Shown here: positions 13,086 through 25,923 of the stretch, one piece after another | Layout: the number at the start of each line of letters is the position of its first letter | How positions within the stretch are numbered: position 1 is the stretch's first letter | DNA from: Octopus sinensis | Lineage: Eukaryota | DNA: 64,000 nt | Assembly (NCBI RefSeq): GCF_006345805.1 | Contig: NC_043009.1 | Coordinates: forward strand, 23,436,001 to 23,500,000 | Reading direction: 5' to 3' | Notes under the pieces: generated by a model | The model's input: only the letters and a program-made list of their open reading frames with translations | Databases searched by the model: none | Told to the model about the DNA's origin: nothing | Made by a program: the position numbers and the translations under genes

Positions 13086-13479
13086 TATATACGATGGGCT
13101 TCTTTCAGTTTCTTACTACTAAATCCACTCACAAGGCTTTGGTCAGCCTGAGGTTATAGCAGAAGACACTTGCCCAAGGTGCCACACAGTGGGACTGAAC
13201 TCAGAACCATGTGGTTGGTAAGCAAGCTACTTACCACACAGCCACTCCATTTGTCAATATATCTCTAGTAGTTTGGTGTATATGAAAATGAAGTAGTATC
13301 CATGTGTATGTGAGGAGACAGCTGCATGATCACAATGATGTGGATTCAGCTCCTAAACAAAGCACTTCATTTCATATTGTTCACATTCTACTCAGCTGTC
13401 AACAAGCACTAGCAGTGAGTTTTAATGCAGCTCTCTGTCATTGCAGCTATCACACCCTGGATGTGTAGTCAGGTTAAAG

Positions 13480-13745
13480 CAGTGGTTCCTAATCCCCCCC
13501 CTTTTTTTTTTCATTTACCTACGGACCCCTTTGATTCTCATTTTACACAGGTGGACCCTCATGGCCATTCTATATTTTTAAAAAATTCCATATTTTTAGA
13601 ATTAAATATTAATAGAAATTGTATAAACAAATTAATATATTTTGTGTATTGTACAAGTATAACCGATTTATTACACGTAAATTTTAGCAACAAAATCTTA
13701 TATGGCCTCCACAAGGGTCATATGAACCCCAGTTGTAAATTAACG
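13480..13745. mobile_element. hAT-type MITE
   Basis: Starts CAGTGGTTCCTAA; 8-bp direct repeat GGTTAAAG at 13472-13479 and 13746-13753; right TIR degenerate; partial homolog at ~41280-41398. Confidence 0.55.
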
Positions 13746-14296
13746 GGTTAAAGGGTGTGAAAATCAAGAGAACGTCTCTGTATGCTTGTGATTACACAGG
13801 CACTTAAAACAATAACTGAAAACATGGTACAAGCTACCAAGGCATTCTCATTCACAAGTGACAGCTGAATCTTTTATTACAAGTAGTCCTTGAGATTTAT
13901 TCGTTGCGCTTCTATCTAGTTGTGTACCTGTAAAACAGGAAGTCTAAGGTTTGTCCAAGTGACAAACATAAACACAAACACATATATTGCCATCATTGAT
14001 GGCAATGGTAGTGTCATCCGCATCATTTTCATCATCATTTAATGTTCACGTTTCCATACTTGCATGGGTCCAGCAGAGTTTATTGAGGCAGATTTTCTAA
14101 GGTTAGGTGCTCTTCCTGGTGTCAACCCCTACCTGTTTCCAAGCAAATACTTTCCAATAGCCAGACATATTTTCGCAAAATATTGGAAATGAAGGACATT
14201 CGTTTACAAGCGGACACAAACATACTCATACATACATATACAAACATATATATACACATACATATATGCACACATACATGTATATGTGTGTATATA

Positions 14297-14386
14297 TTTT
14301 ACTGGGGAAGGTCGGTTTATGGGGTTACCCTGGATTTCCTGTCCATAACCCAGGGTAACCCCATAAACTGGCCTTCCCCAGTAAAA
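14297..14386. repeat. Foldback inverted repeat (37-bp arms, 16-nt loop)
   Basis: Arms 14297-14333 and 14350-14386 differ at 2 positions only. Confidence 0.9.
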
Positions 14387-14618
14387 AACATTAATTGCTC
14401 TACGGCTAAGAGTGTGCTTCTTCTCAGGATTTATGTTTTCTAAAAACGATATATATATATATCCATCTGTTCTAATTTAATTAAACTCTATGTCTTTGTG
14501 CAGCTGAAAATTTCTCTGCATTTTAAATTGATGTAATGATTGCATTGTTCAATTAAATGGAGTTGCATGAAATGATCATACTGCATTACCTCTGGATATC
14601 CTTGTTGCTTATTTTGAT

Positions 14619-14657
<39 letters not shown>

Positions 14658-14724
14658 GAGGGTGAAAAATTTGATATTAATTTAACTCTCTTATAATTTA
14701 TGTATATATATGTATATATATATA

Positions 14725-14900
14725 TATGGCACATAAAAAACACCCACGGAGTGGTTGGCGTTAAGAAGGGCATCCAGCTGTAGAAACACTGTGCCAGATC
14801 AGACTGGAGCCTGGTGCAGCCTCCTGGCTTCCCAGACCCCGGTTGAACTGTCCAACCCATGCTACCATAGAAAACGGATGATAAACGATGATGATGATGA
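14725..14900 (+). mobile_element. RTE LINE 3' tail fragment
   Basis: GGCACATAAAAAACACCC...GGTTGGCGTTAAGAAGGGCATCCAGCTG...(GAT)n. Confidence 0.8.
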
Positions 14901-15676
14901 TGTATTCATACAGCAGGGTTCTAGCTCCTGTCTACCAAATTAACCTCGCAAGGTTTTGGTCAACCTGAGCCTATAACAGCAGAAGACACTTGCCTCAAGA
15001 TTCTGCACAATGGGACTGAACCTGAATCCATGTGGTTGAGAAACAAGCTTCTTTCTCAACTACACAGTGCCATGATTTGCAAACTAGTAACCTTTCTGCC
15101 ATACTAAACTAAGATCAGTAACACCTTTATCCGTTACATGACTAGAATATAAAGAATAATTATTGCTACCATTTCAGGTTATTGAAATTTTATCTTTCAA
15201 GTTGGCAGCCATATTGTGCTGATGTCATCACTAGGTTTAATGACTTTATTAGCAAGCGCTAGAAGTACACCGTCTTTGATTTTTCTGAAATTCCACTGTA
15301 GTTCATTATCTATAATGGATATTGAATTCAATAGCAGTATATGTTTTCCATTATCACAGAATATATTCTCAGCTATTTCATTTAATTTGTAGATTTGTTC
15401 GTGTGTACTCTTTGTATTTTTTGGATATTTGGTTTTTGTTATCGTTTTAATATTCCCTTCTTTGTGCTAATGTAGATGAGAGAATTTTTTTTTTTTTTTT
15501 AATTTAGATATTTGGAGTATAATGCCTGCAAGTAAGAGAACTAAAAGCCATATGGCTGTGTGGTTGAGAAGTTTGCTTTCCAACCAAATGGTTTTGAGTT
15601 CAGTCTTACAGTGTGGTACAGAACAATGCAGTAGGTTATAGAAAATTATAAGTGTATATAGAGAACTGTGGAGGTA

Positions 15677-16015
15677 CGGTGCATGGCACGGTGGTTAGAG
15701 TGTCAGGCTCACAATCATGAGGTAGTGAGTTTCATTCTTGGATTGGGTTATGTGTTGTATTCTTGAGCAAGATACTTTATTTCACATTGCTCCAGTTCAC
15801 TCATCTGTAGAAATGAGTTGCGACGTCACTGGTGCCAAGCTGTATCTGCCTTTGCCTTTCTCTTGCGTAACATCAGTGGCGTGAAGAAGGAAGGTTGGTA
15901 TGCATGGGTGACTGCTGGTCTTCCATAAACAACCTTGCTCAGACTCGTGCCTTGGAAGGGAACTTTCTAGGTGCAATCTCATGGTCATTTGTGACTGAAG
16001 AGGGTCTTTATTCTT
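15677..16015 (+). mobile_element. CORE-type SINE, family C
   Basis: Homologous to 7882-8212 along its length. Confidence 0.8.
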
Positions 16016-16119
16016 TTACCCTTTATATAGAGAACTAACTATACACTGGTGTTGGGTATGTTAAGAACTACAACAGAGAGGTATGTAGAGCAACACACAG
16101 AAATACATAATGAAATATA

Positions 16120-16920
16120 ACTTTTGTACTCCAGGTACAAGGCCCGAAATTTTTGTGGGGGGGGGGTCCAGTTGATTACATTAATCCCAGTATGCAACTG
16201 ATGCTTAGTTTATGTAATCTATTGACCCTGCAAAGATGAAAAGCAAAGTCAACCTGACCAGAATTTGAACTCAGAATGTAAAGCTAGACAAAATGCCACT
16301 AAGCATTTTGCTAATAATCCTTTCTACTCTAGGCACAAGGCCTGAAATTTTGGGTACTTATTTTATTGGCCCTGGAAAGATGAAAAGCAAAGCTGACCTT
16401 GAGGGAATTTGAACTTGGAACATGAAGAGAGATGAAATGCTGCTAAGCATTCTGTCTGGCATGCTAACAATTCTGCCAGCTCACTGCCTTAACAACAACA
16501 ACAAAAACTTTGATAATAATCCTTTCTATTAAAGGCACAAGACTTGAAATGTTGGGGGATGAGGCTAGTCAATTACATCAACCCCAGTGTTTCACTGGTA
16601 CTTAATTTATTGACCCCAAAAAGATGAAAGACAAAGTCAACCTCGGCGGAATTTGAACTCAGAATGTAGTGACGGGCAAAATACCACCAAGTATTTTGTC
16701 CAGTATGCTAATGATTCTGCCAGCTGGCCACCTTTAATAATAATAATTTCTATAATAGACATATTCCTGAAATTTTGCAGGGTTGATTGGGACTTGTTTT
16801 ATCAACCTTGAAAAGATGAAAGGCTGATAAAATAAACCTTGGTGGAAATTGAACTCAGAACATTAGGGTTAGGGCTGCAGTGAAGCATTTTGTCCAGCAT
16901 GCTAATGATTCTGCCAGTTT
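16120..16920 (-). mobile_element. Cluster of SINE family B copies (minus strand)
   Basis: Repeated GATGAAA(A/G)GCAAAGTC..GAATTTGAACTCAGAA..CTGCCAGCT modules. Confidence 0.8.
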
Positions 16921-16989
16921 GTAGCTGGCAGCTCCCTAGAGATGGCATCGCAAAAAAAAAAACACACCAATGATTGTGACACCTCAACA

Positions 16990-17462
16990 TCATGTCCTCT
17001 GTATGAATGAAATGCTGAATAAAAATTATTATCAGAACTGTATTCAGGAGACTAGATCCCCTGGTAAAGTAAAGGTTTCTTACACAGCAAGTATCCCACT
17101 AGGCAGCAGGGAAGGGCTTGATCATAATCCAAAAACTACTGCAAAGATTAGGAGCAAATAAAGACAGAACTTTGATGGATTGTTATCACATAAGCGAGCC
17201 TAACAAAGTAGGTACTGGTAGAGGGTGTATAAAATGTGGATAGAGAAATCGGTGCTCTTGGCACAACACCCAAGCTGTTATCTAAGAGGCTGAAGGATAT
17301 TGGAGTTGTGACTTGCATTGTTGACCCATAAAAAAAGTGCAACCCTGCATTCTGCAAGAATCCTATGGAAGTTTTTCATGATTTGAAGAAACTCGTTGTC
17401 ATCGAACCTCAAAACATCATCTCTGAGAATGAATACAACCTGAAATACTTACAACAACAACG
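16990..17462 (+). mobile_element. R4/Dong-type non-LTR retrotransposon 3' remnant (restriction-like endonuclease C-terminus)
   Basis: Translates IGALGTTPKLLSKRLKDIGVVTCIVDP*KSATLHSARILWKFF at ~17248-17378; ends in (AAC/AAT)n. Confidence 0.6.
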
Positions 17463-17759
17463 ATAATGATTTCAAATTTTGGTACAAGACCAGCAATTTT
17501 GTGGGAGGGGGTAAGTTGATTACACTGATCCTAGGACTCAAATGGTGCCTATCTTATCGACCCTGAAAGGACGAAAGGTATTGTGGAACTTGAACTCAGA
17601 ATGGAAAGACAGACAAAATGCTGCAAAGCATTTTACTCAGCGTGCTAAAGATTGTCAGCTTGCCACAATAATAACAACAACCACAACAACAACAATAATC
17701 ATAATCAAGAAAAAGTCAAAATGAATCCAGTAAACTTATGTGTGCATGTATGTGTGAGT

Positions 17760-18059
17760 GTTTGAGAGACAGTGTACAAGAACAGACATCAAATGTAAAC
17801 AGATACACACATCTATCCAGTTTCTCTACTTTCTCTCTCTCTCTCTCACACACACATACATTCCTACATCCACATGCACACACACACACACACACGCTCA
17901 CATCTACACACACACATTTTTATATAGATACGCAAAATCCAAATGTCCAGCCTTATGAATTCACACATTCCATTGCATCCATGCAACAAAAACCACACAC
18001 CACTTACATATACAAACACATAGGCAAACACACAAACATGTACATACATACAGACACTC

Positions 18060-18151
<92 letters not shown>

Positions 18152-18600
18152 GTATGTTACATACATGTACTAGTAAACATACATACACACAACTAAACCA
18201 ACACAAATGAACAACTATTCCACCCACACACAACACATAATGTACACACATTCATACACACACACAAGCATATATTATACATACACATATATTTAAGCAC
18301 ATTTATATATATATACAAATGTACACAAATACACACTGTGTATACATTCACAAATAGATATACGCACACAAGTACTTGTGCACAAAGTTTACACATACAT
18401 ACATACATACATACATACATACACACACACATGCACATAGCATACACATACAAAAAAGTACTGGTGCACATAATGCACATGCTCACAAATACATGTACAC
18501 ACACACACACATACCATATTCACATGTGTACATATGGAAAAACAGACATGCACACAAACACACATGTGCAGACAGACACACACACATATGTACAGATAAT
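17760..18600. repeat. Compound (CT)n/(CA)n/(TA)n/(TACA)n microsatellite field
   Basis: Direct inspection; source of many spurious ORFs. Confidence 0.9.
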
Positions 18601-20141
18601 TACCAAAGTGAGTGCCAACTGCTTCTAACTACGATGCTGTCACATCAAAACAATCGACCCCACCCCCCATCGATACTGCCGCTGCCACCGCCACCACAGT
18701 TGGTCAGTGGAAATGGATATGTCTTACAGAAGGAATCAATTTCCAAACTGCTGCAGCAACAGGGGAATACTGCACGGGTGTATGGGGTGGGAGATGTGGA
18801 AAGTTGGTGGAGGAGGGTGGGGTGGGGGCAGAGCACCGGTTGGGGGAAGGAAGGGGAGAGTAAATGGCTCAAACTGTGTGAGATTATTGTTGCTTTTGTT
18901 TAGCACATCCCCCACCATCCACTTTGATAGAGGAGACTTATGATTAAAACTGCTCCAGATATGGCCATTCCAAATGGTATTTAAATTGTAGCTGTACTTT
19001 GAGTGACATTATCTAATGAATGTGTCCATTGCCTTGCTACATTTTGTGAGGTTTAAAAGTGATTTGGCTGCTATTTCTAACAAGTCAGATGACCACATAA
19101 AGGCTTTGTGTTGCATGACCTTGTTGTTTAGCCCCAGGTCAGCCCTCAAAGAGACCTATGATCTCAGGTTTCCAAGTCATAACCACTTCATGACAGTTTT
19201 TCTATTTTTTTTCTTTTGGCAAACTGCATATAACGGCCATACTGGAGCACTGCCTTGTTGGGTTTTGTCAAATAAATCATATCCAAAATCTATTTAAGCT
19301 CTTGACGACTGGTGTTGGTTTGTTTACATCTCTGTAACAGCAGTTTGGCAAAAAGAAGAGATAGAACAAGTGTTCTATCTCTTCTTTATGCCAAACTGCT
19401 GTTACAGAGGTGTAAACAAAACAACACCAGTTGTCAAGCAGCATGGGAACAAATACAAAAACATGCACACATGAGGCTTCCACACAGTTTCCATCAAACA
19501 GATCCACTCACAAGGCTTTGGTCAACCCAGGGCTACAGTGGAAGGCACTTGCACAAGGTGCATACAGTAAAACTGAACCAGGAACCCTATCATTACAAAG
19601 TAAGCTTCTTAATTATGCCATCATACTTTGACTTCTCTCTCTTTTTTTAACAACATAAGGTGTGGCTTGAAGCAATTTGGCTGCTGTTTCTAGCAGGCTG
19701 AAAACCACAAAGATGTTCCTTTGCTACATGACTTTGCTGTAACAGTAGTTCCAATCACGTAGTTCTGTAACAGATTGGTTCCAATCAAGCAGGCGTAGGA
19801 TCAAGACACCATTCTGTTTCATTATTCAGACATAGTGCATCTAGGACTACATTATCCAATGTGTAATTACATCTGCCTGTATGTGTACCTACCTGAGCAG
19901 ACTTGTGTGTTTGCATGTCTATGAGTGTGCCTATCTATGTGTATGTGTGTGTGTGCATGTATGTGAAAATGTTTGTATATTTACATATGAATGCATGCGT
20001 ACAGATGTGTGTGAGAAAATGTTTGTGTATGTATGTATGCAAAAAGGTTTGAGTATATGTATATAGATGTACACATGTATGTTTGAATATGCTCGTCTGC
20101 ATGTGTCTGGCTGTCTATATATATATGCATGTCTGTATGTG

Positions 20142-20552
20142 TAGGAGTGGCTGTGTGGTAAGTAGCTTGCTTACCAACCACATGGTTCCGGGTTCAGTCC
20201 CACTGCGTGGCATCTTGAGCAAGTGTCTTTTACTATAGTCTCGGGCTGACCAAAGCCTTGTGAGTGGATTTGGTACACAGAAACTGAAAGAAGCCTGTCG
20301 TATATACCTATATCTATATATAAATATATGTGTGTGTATACGTTTGTGTGTCTGTATTTGTCCCCTGAACATCGCTTGACAACCGATGCTGCTGTGTTTA
20401 CGTCCCCGTAACTTAGTGGTTCGGCAAAAGAGACCAATAGAATAAGTACTAGGTTTACAAAGAATAAGTCCTGGGGTCAATTTGCTCAACTAAAGGCAGT
20501 GCTCCAGCATGGCCACAGTCAAATGACTGAAACAAGTAAAAGAGTGAAAGAG
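20142..20552 (+). mobile_element. SINE family A
   Basis: TGGCTGTGTGG (A box) ... GGTTCAGTCCC (B box) ... (TAAAAGAG)n-like tail. Confidence 0.9.
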
Positions 20553-20874
20553 TGTACATATCTTTGTGTATGCATATATGAATGATGTATGTTTGTGTGA
20601 AAATGCTTGCATTTTTATATGTGGATGCATTCATGCAAATCTGTTCAAGTTTGTGTGTGTACACATATATGCATATATGTGTATGTGTGGATGTTTGCAG
20701 CTGTATGTACGTCTCTGCATATGCCTCCATACATCTATACGTATGATTTATGACTATGTGTATAACCATCTATGCCTGTCAGTGTGTGTGTATGTGAATG
20801 TTTGTATATGCCAGCCTATATGCGTATCTGTGTTAGGATATATATGTTTGTGTCTTTGTATCTATATTAGTAGG

Positions 20875-20928
<54 letters not shown>

Positions 20929-20930
<2 letters not shown>

Positions 20931-21302
20931 CACTGGAGTGGCTGTGAGGTAAGTAGCTTGTTTACCAACCACATAGTTCCAGGTTCAATCCCACAGTGTA
21001 GCACCTTGGGTAAGTGTCTTCTACTATAGCCTTGGGCCGACCAAAGCACTGTGAGTGGATTTGTTAGACGGAAACTGAAAGAAGCCCGTTGTATATATGT
21101 GTGCGTGTGTATGTTTGTCCCCCACCCCAACATCGCTTGACAACTGATGCTAGTGTGTTTATGTCCCTGTAACTTAGCGGTTCAGCAAAAGAGACTGAAA
21201 ATAAGTACAAGGCTTACAAAGAATAAGTGCTGGGGTCGATTTGCTCAAGTAAAGGCAGTGCTCCAGCACAGCTGCAGTCAAATGACTGAAACAAGTAAAA
21301 GA
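20929..21302 (+). mobile_element. SINE family A
   Basis: Full-length match, immediately 3' of a (TA)n tract. Confidence 0.85.
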
Positions 21303-21803
21303 ATATATATATGTTTCTGTGTATGCATATATCTGTGTGCATGTGTGTGAATATTTGCATGTGTACATATGTCTGTATACACCTGTATATGTCTGTCTAT
21401 ATCTATGTGTGTGTGTGCATGCATGTGAGACTATGTATATGATGCATGATTATATGTCTATGTGTGTGTGTGTATGAATGTTCGTGCTTGTATTTCTCTG
21501 TGTATGTCTGTCTATATCTGTGTGTATGTATATTATTACAGAAACCATACTCCATGCTGCAATCCAGTTTGTTTTGTCTATCACAGTGACTCACAAAGAA
21601 CACACAGCAAAGGTTTCTCTTACCATTCCCAATTAAGCATTATTCATGCTTCAATTTACATACATATACATACATTATATTTTAAGTGTGTATGTATACA
21701 CACACATACATACATATACCTACATGCATACAGACATACACAACTACACACATACAAGCATACATACCTATGCTCACACACACACATATAAACACTATAT
21801 ATT

Positions 21804-21844
<41 letters not shown>

Positions 21845-21848
<4 letters not shown>

Positions 21849-22172
21849 ACAATCAAGGAATGGCCATAATAGGCCATTCACCCACTAGAAATAACAGCCA
21901 AAGCTTCAACTGCAAATAAAAATCAATTCCGTAAACAGGAGAAAATTTAAAAAACATTTACCCTGTAATTTCTTATACGATGCACCGTTTCATCTGCTGT
22001 TTAATGGTAAACTAACCTGATTAAATTAAATCAAGCCAATCTTCCATAGGCCCTCAGATTCTTCAGTAAGAAATAGCCCAAGTCGGAACAAATATTTTTA
22101 TTTGCGGTTGAAGCTTTGGCTGTTATTTCTAGTGGGTGAATGGCCTATTATGGCCGTTCCTTGATTGTTGAT
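21845..22172. repeat. 79-bp inverted repeat pair with 170-bp spacer
   Basis: 21845-21923 vs reverse complement of 22094-22172: 77/79 identical. Confidence 0.9.
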
Positions 22173-22269
22173 GTTGAACTTAAAAATGGTCTATGACTAT
22201 TTAATTTTTTCCCACTAGGCCGCTGGTGGCAAAAGAATTCTACAAAATTTTTTTGCCACCCTATATTGA

Positions 22270-22341
<72 letters not shown>

Positions 22342-22360
22342 TCATACATACATATATATA

Positions 22361-22740
22361 GGCGCTGGAGTGGCTGTGTGGTAAGTAGCTTGCTTACCAA
22401 CCACATGGTTTTGGGTTCAGTCCCACTGTGTGGTACCTTGGGCAAGTGTCTTCTACTATAGCCTCGGGCCGACCAAAGCCTTGTGAGTGGATTTGGTAGA
22501 CTTTGTATATATATATATATATATATTTATGTATGTGTGTGTTTGTCCCCCCAACATGGCTTGACAACTGATGGTGTTGTGTTTACGTCCCCCGTAATTT
22601 AGAGGTTCAGCAAAAGAGACCGATAGAATAAGTACTAGGCTTACAAAGAATAAGTCCTGGGGTCGATTTGCTCAACTAAAAGTGGTGCTCTAGCATGGCC
22701 ACAGTCAAATGACTGAAACAAGTAAAAGAGTAAAGAGTAA
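22361..22740 (+). mobile_element. SINE family A
   Basis: Full-length match to family consensus. Confidence 0.9.
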
Positions 22741-22957
22741 GACTATATGCATCCATTCACACACATGCACATGCACACACATATATCAGGATTAAAGACA
22801 TATGACTGAGGTAGTGGCATTGATGCAGTTATAATTAGCAAAAGTGAATGACTGGAAAATGTTATACATAATCATATCTGTGTTATACATCTTTAACATG
22901 CACACACATGCATTAGTATACACACACACACACACACACATCTATATTGCTACACAA

Positions 22958-23013
<56 letters not shown>

Positions 23014-23420
23014 TGTATACACATACAAACATATGTACATTGTGTGTCTATGTGATGTGAATATGTGTATATATTATATATACATATATGTGAAGGCAAA
23101 CTAGCAGATATATGTACATACATACATATATATATATATCACAGCCTACAAACACACATATATATATATATATAAATACACACATGTATTACATATACTC
23201 ACATACGCATATACACATATATGCGTGTGTGCGTTTGTGTGCAAATAGGTATATATGTCTGCATGTGTATGTGTGTATTTATGTGTGTGTGTGTGCAAAT
23301 ATATCTCACCTTGGAAAACCCTGAAATGATGTGAATGAAAGCTATTTATCTTTAACCAAGAATTCTTTACAGTTTTCTATCCTTCATGTCTACCACCTCT
23401 ACTCACCCAACCCACCCCTA

Positions 23421-23452
<32 letters not shown>

Positions 23453-23608
23453 CAACGCCGTTGCTTGCCGCTCCACTAACTCTTGTTTCCCAACAGATAA
23501 TGTATTTACAATATTTACTCTCTTACAATACTAATACCACTACTACTAACAGTAGGAGTATATAATAAAAGTTCTACAAGACAGAGAGAAAGAAAGACAG
23601 ACAGACAG

Positions 23609-23669
<61 letters not shown>

Positions 23670-24174
23670 AAGAGAGAGAGAGAAATACAGACAGACAGAG
23701 GCACAGAGAGAGAGAGAGAGAGAGTGTGTGTCTGATGTTTAGTTTTGCAATTAGAAACTTATATACTAGCCATCTTAGCAATAATGACAACAATGAAAAG
23801 ACCAGCAACAATATGAAACATAATAATGACACTACTACTACTACTACTACTACTACTAGTAGTAGTAGTAGTAGTAGTAGCAGCAGCAGTAGCACACTAC
23901 TTTTACTCATGGTGATGAGAATAATACTAATAACAATAATGATAATTCGTTGAAATTTAGGCATAAGGCCAGGAAATTTTGAGAAGTTGATTCCATTGAC
24001 CCCAGTACTTGACTGGTATTTTATTTTAGCAACCTTGAAAGGATGAAAAACAAAGTTGACTTTGCTGGTATTTGAACTCAGAATGTAAAAGGTCAGAAGA
24101 AATGTCATTAAGGCATTTTGTCCAAAACACTAATGATTCAGTGAACTTGCCACCTTAATAATAATGATAATAAA

Positions 24175-24660
24175 TCATACCTCCTTATTGATATGACTGT
24201 CTCAATAGATATAAACGTATCTATCAAGACCTACCAAAAACTGAGCAAATATAAAGATCTTGAAATAGAAATTAGCAAAATGTGGAACCTGAAGACTAAA
24301 ACAATACCTGTTGTCATAAGTGCCCTAGGAATGATAGCAAAAGGGGTTGATTGCTACCTAGTTCAGATACCAGGAAACCCCAAAATGGCAGAAATTCAAA
24401 GGATAGTGCTCATGGGAACTGGCCATATCCTACATAAAATACTTTCTATGTAATCTCAAATTTTAAAATAAATACATAATTTTATTATGGTTTCTTAAAC
24501 ATTCTCAAGAACAACACTATGTGCAAAACCAAATATATGGCACCCTAGGCATAACACCAACATGAACTTCCAACCTGTTGTCTCTTGAGGTCTCTGGGTG
24601 AAACTTGGAGCCAACTTGGAGTACAGATATAAAGCAAAAGTCAAACATAAAATAATAATA
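24175..24660 (+). mobile_element. R4/Dong-type non-LTR retrotransposon 3' end (restriction-like endonuclease domain)
   Basis: LLIDMTVSIDINVSIKTYQKLSKYKDLEIEISKMWNLKTKTIPVVISALGMI...IQRIVLMGTGHILHKIL* fits the D..K..KY.DL / PVV.GALG pattern; (TAA)n on both sides. Confidence 0.8.
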
Positions 24661-24661
24661 A

Positions 24662-24935
24662 TCCTTTCTACCAGGCTCATGGGCCCGGTTTCCATGGCAT
24701 ATGTATTCCCCCAGCTGGATGGGACACCAGTCCATCGCAGCGTTGCTAAAGAAACAGGAAGAAAGAGTGAGAGAAAGTTGGGGTGAAAGTGTACAACAGG
24801 GGTCACCACCCACCCCCTGCTGGAGCTTTAGGTGTTTTCGCTCAATAAACACCTAAACAATGCCCGGTCTGGGAATCGAAACTGCGATCCTTTGACTGCG
24901 AGTCTGCTACCCTAACCACTGGGCCATTGCGCCTC
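24662..24935 (-). mobile_element. tRNA-derived SINE, family D
   Basis: Minus strand head TGGCCCAGTGGTTAGG...GGATCGCAGTTTCGATTCCC; homolog at 47362-47645. Confidence 0.75.
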
Positions 24936-24940
24936 CTACC

Positions 24941-24980
<40 letters not shown>

Positions 24981-25923
24981 TATCAAATTTTGGCACAAGG
25001 CCAGCAATTTTAGAGGAGGGGTATGTCGATTAAATCAACCTCAGTACTTGACTGATACTTATTGCATTGACCCTGGAAGAATGAAAGACAAAGTTGATCT
25101 CAGTGGTATTTGAACTCAGAATGTAAATTCCTGAAGAGATGCCTCCTTGTCCAATGAGTTAATGATTCTGCCAGTTCACTGCCATAATAATGATTGTTTT
25201 TAATCAAGTGCGTGGCCTAGTGGTTAGGCTGTCACACTGAAGATCGTTAGATTTTGGGTTTGATTCCTAGACTAGGTGGTACGTTGTATTCTTGAGCAAA
25301 ACACTTCATTTCATATTGCTTCACTTCCTCTTTTGATCAGTAGGGGGGGGAGTGGCCTGCTCACCTAGTCAGTGGGGTGGTGTCTTTTGAGGGCTAAAAC
25401 TATGCAAAAAGCACATTGTGGCCAGCATCTGATAGCGTGGCTGGTCATGTGATCATGTGGTGGAGGAGGAGAGTTAGTCATTTACAGCGACCCCTGCCCC
25501 ACCACCCTCCAGAACTTGGTCGGTACCTAATTTTATTGACACCAGAGGAATGAAAGGCAAAGCTGACCTCAGCAAGATTTGAATTCAGAACATATGTCGG
25601 AAAAGATACGGCAAAGCATTCTGTTTGATGTGTTAACGATTCTGCCAATCAATCGCCTTTATAGCGATTCCCCATTTTGGCACACGGCCACCAATTTTGA
25701 GGGGAAGGTCAAGTCAATACCACCAATGCCAGAGATTGATTGGTATTTTATTTTATCAACCACAAGGGGACAACAGACAGACTTGACCTCCATCACAATG
25801 ATGACGATGTGGAGATTTTGAAGAAGGAAAAAGCTAAACCACTACATAGCATTCTGAACTGTTAGAAATAGCAGCTAAATTCCATTCAAATCATGTCATA
25901 CTACTCTTTATAATACTAATATA

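Noticed and set aside
18376-18943. 175-aa ORF and GC-richer G-run segment
   Set aside because: The first half is microsatellite; no recognisable domain or convincing splice context; the G-quadruplex-like run alone is unremarkable.
20142-20230. tRNA gene calls at SINE heads
   Set aside because: A and B boxes are present but run directly into SINE bodies without a complete cloverleaf; these are SINE heads, not tRNA genes.
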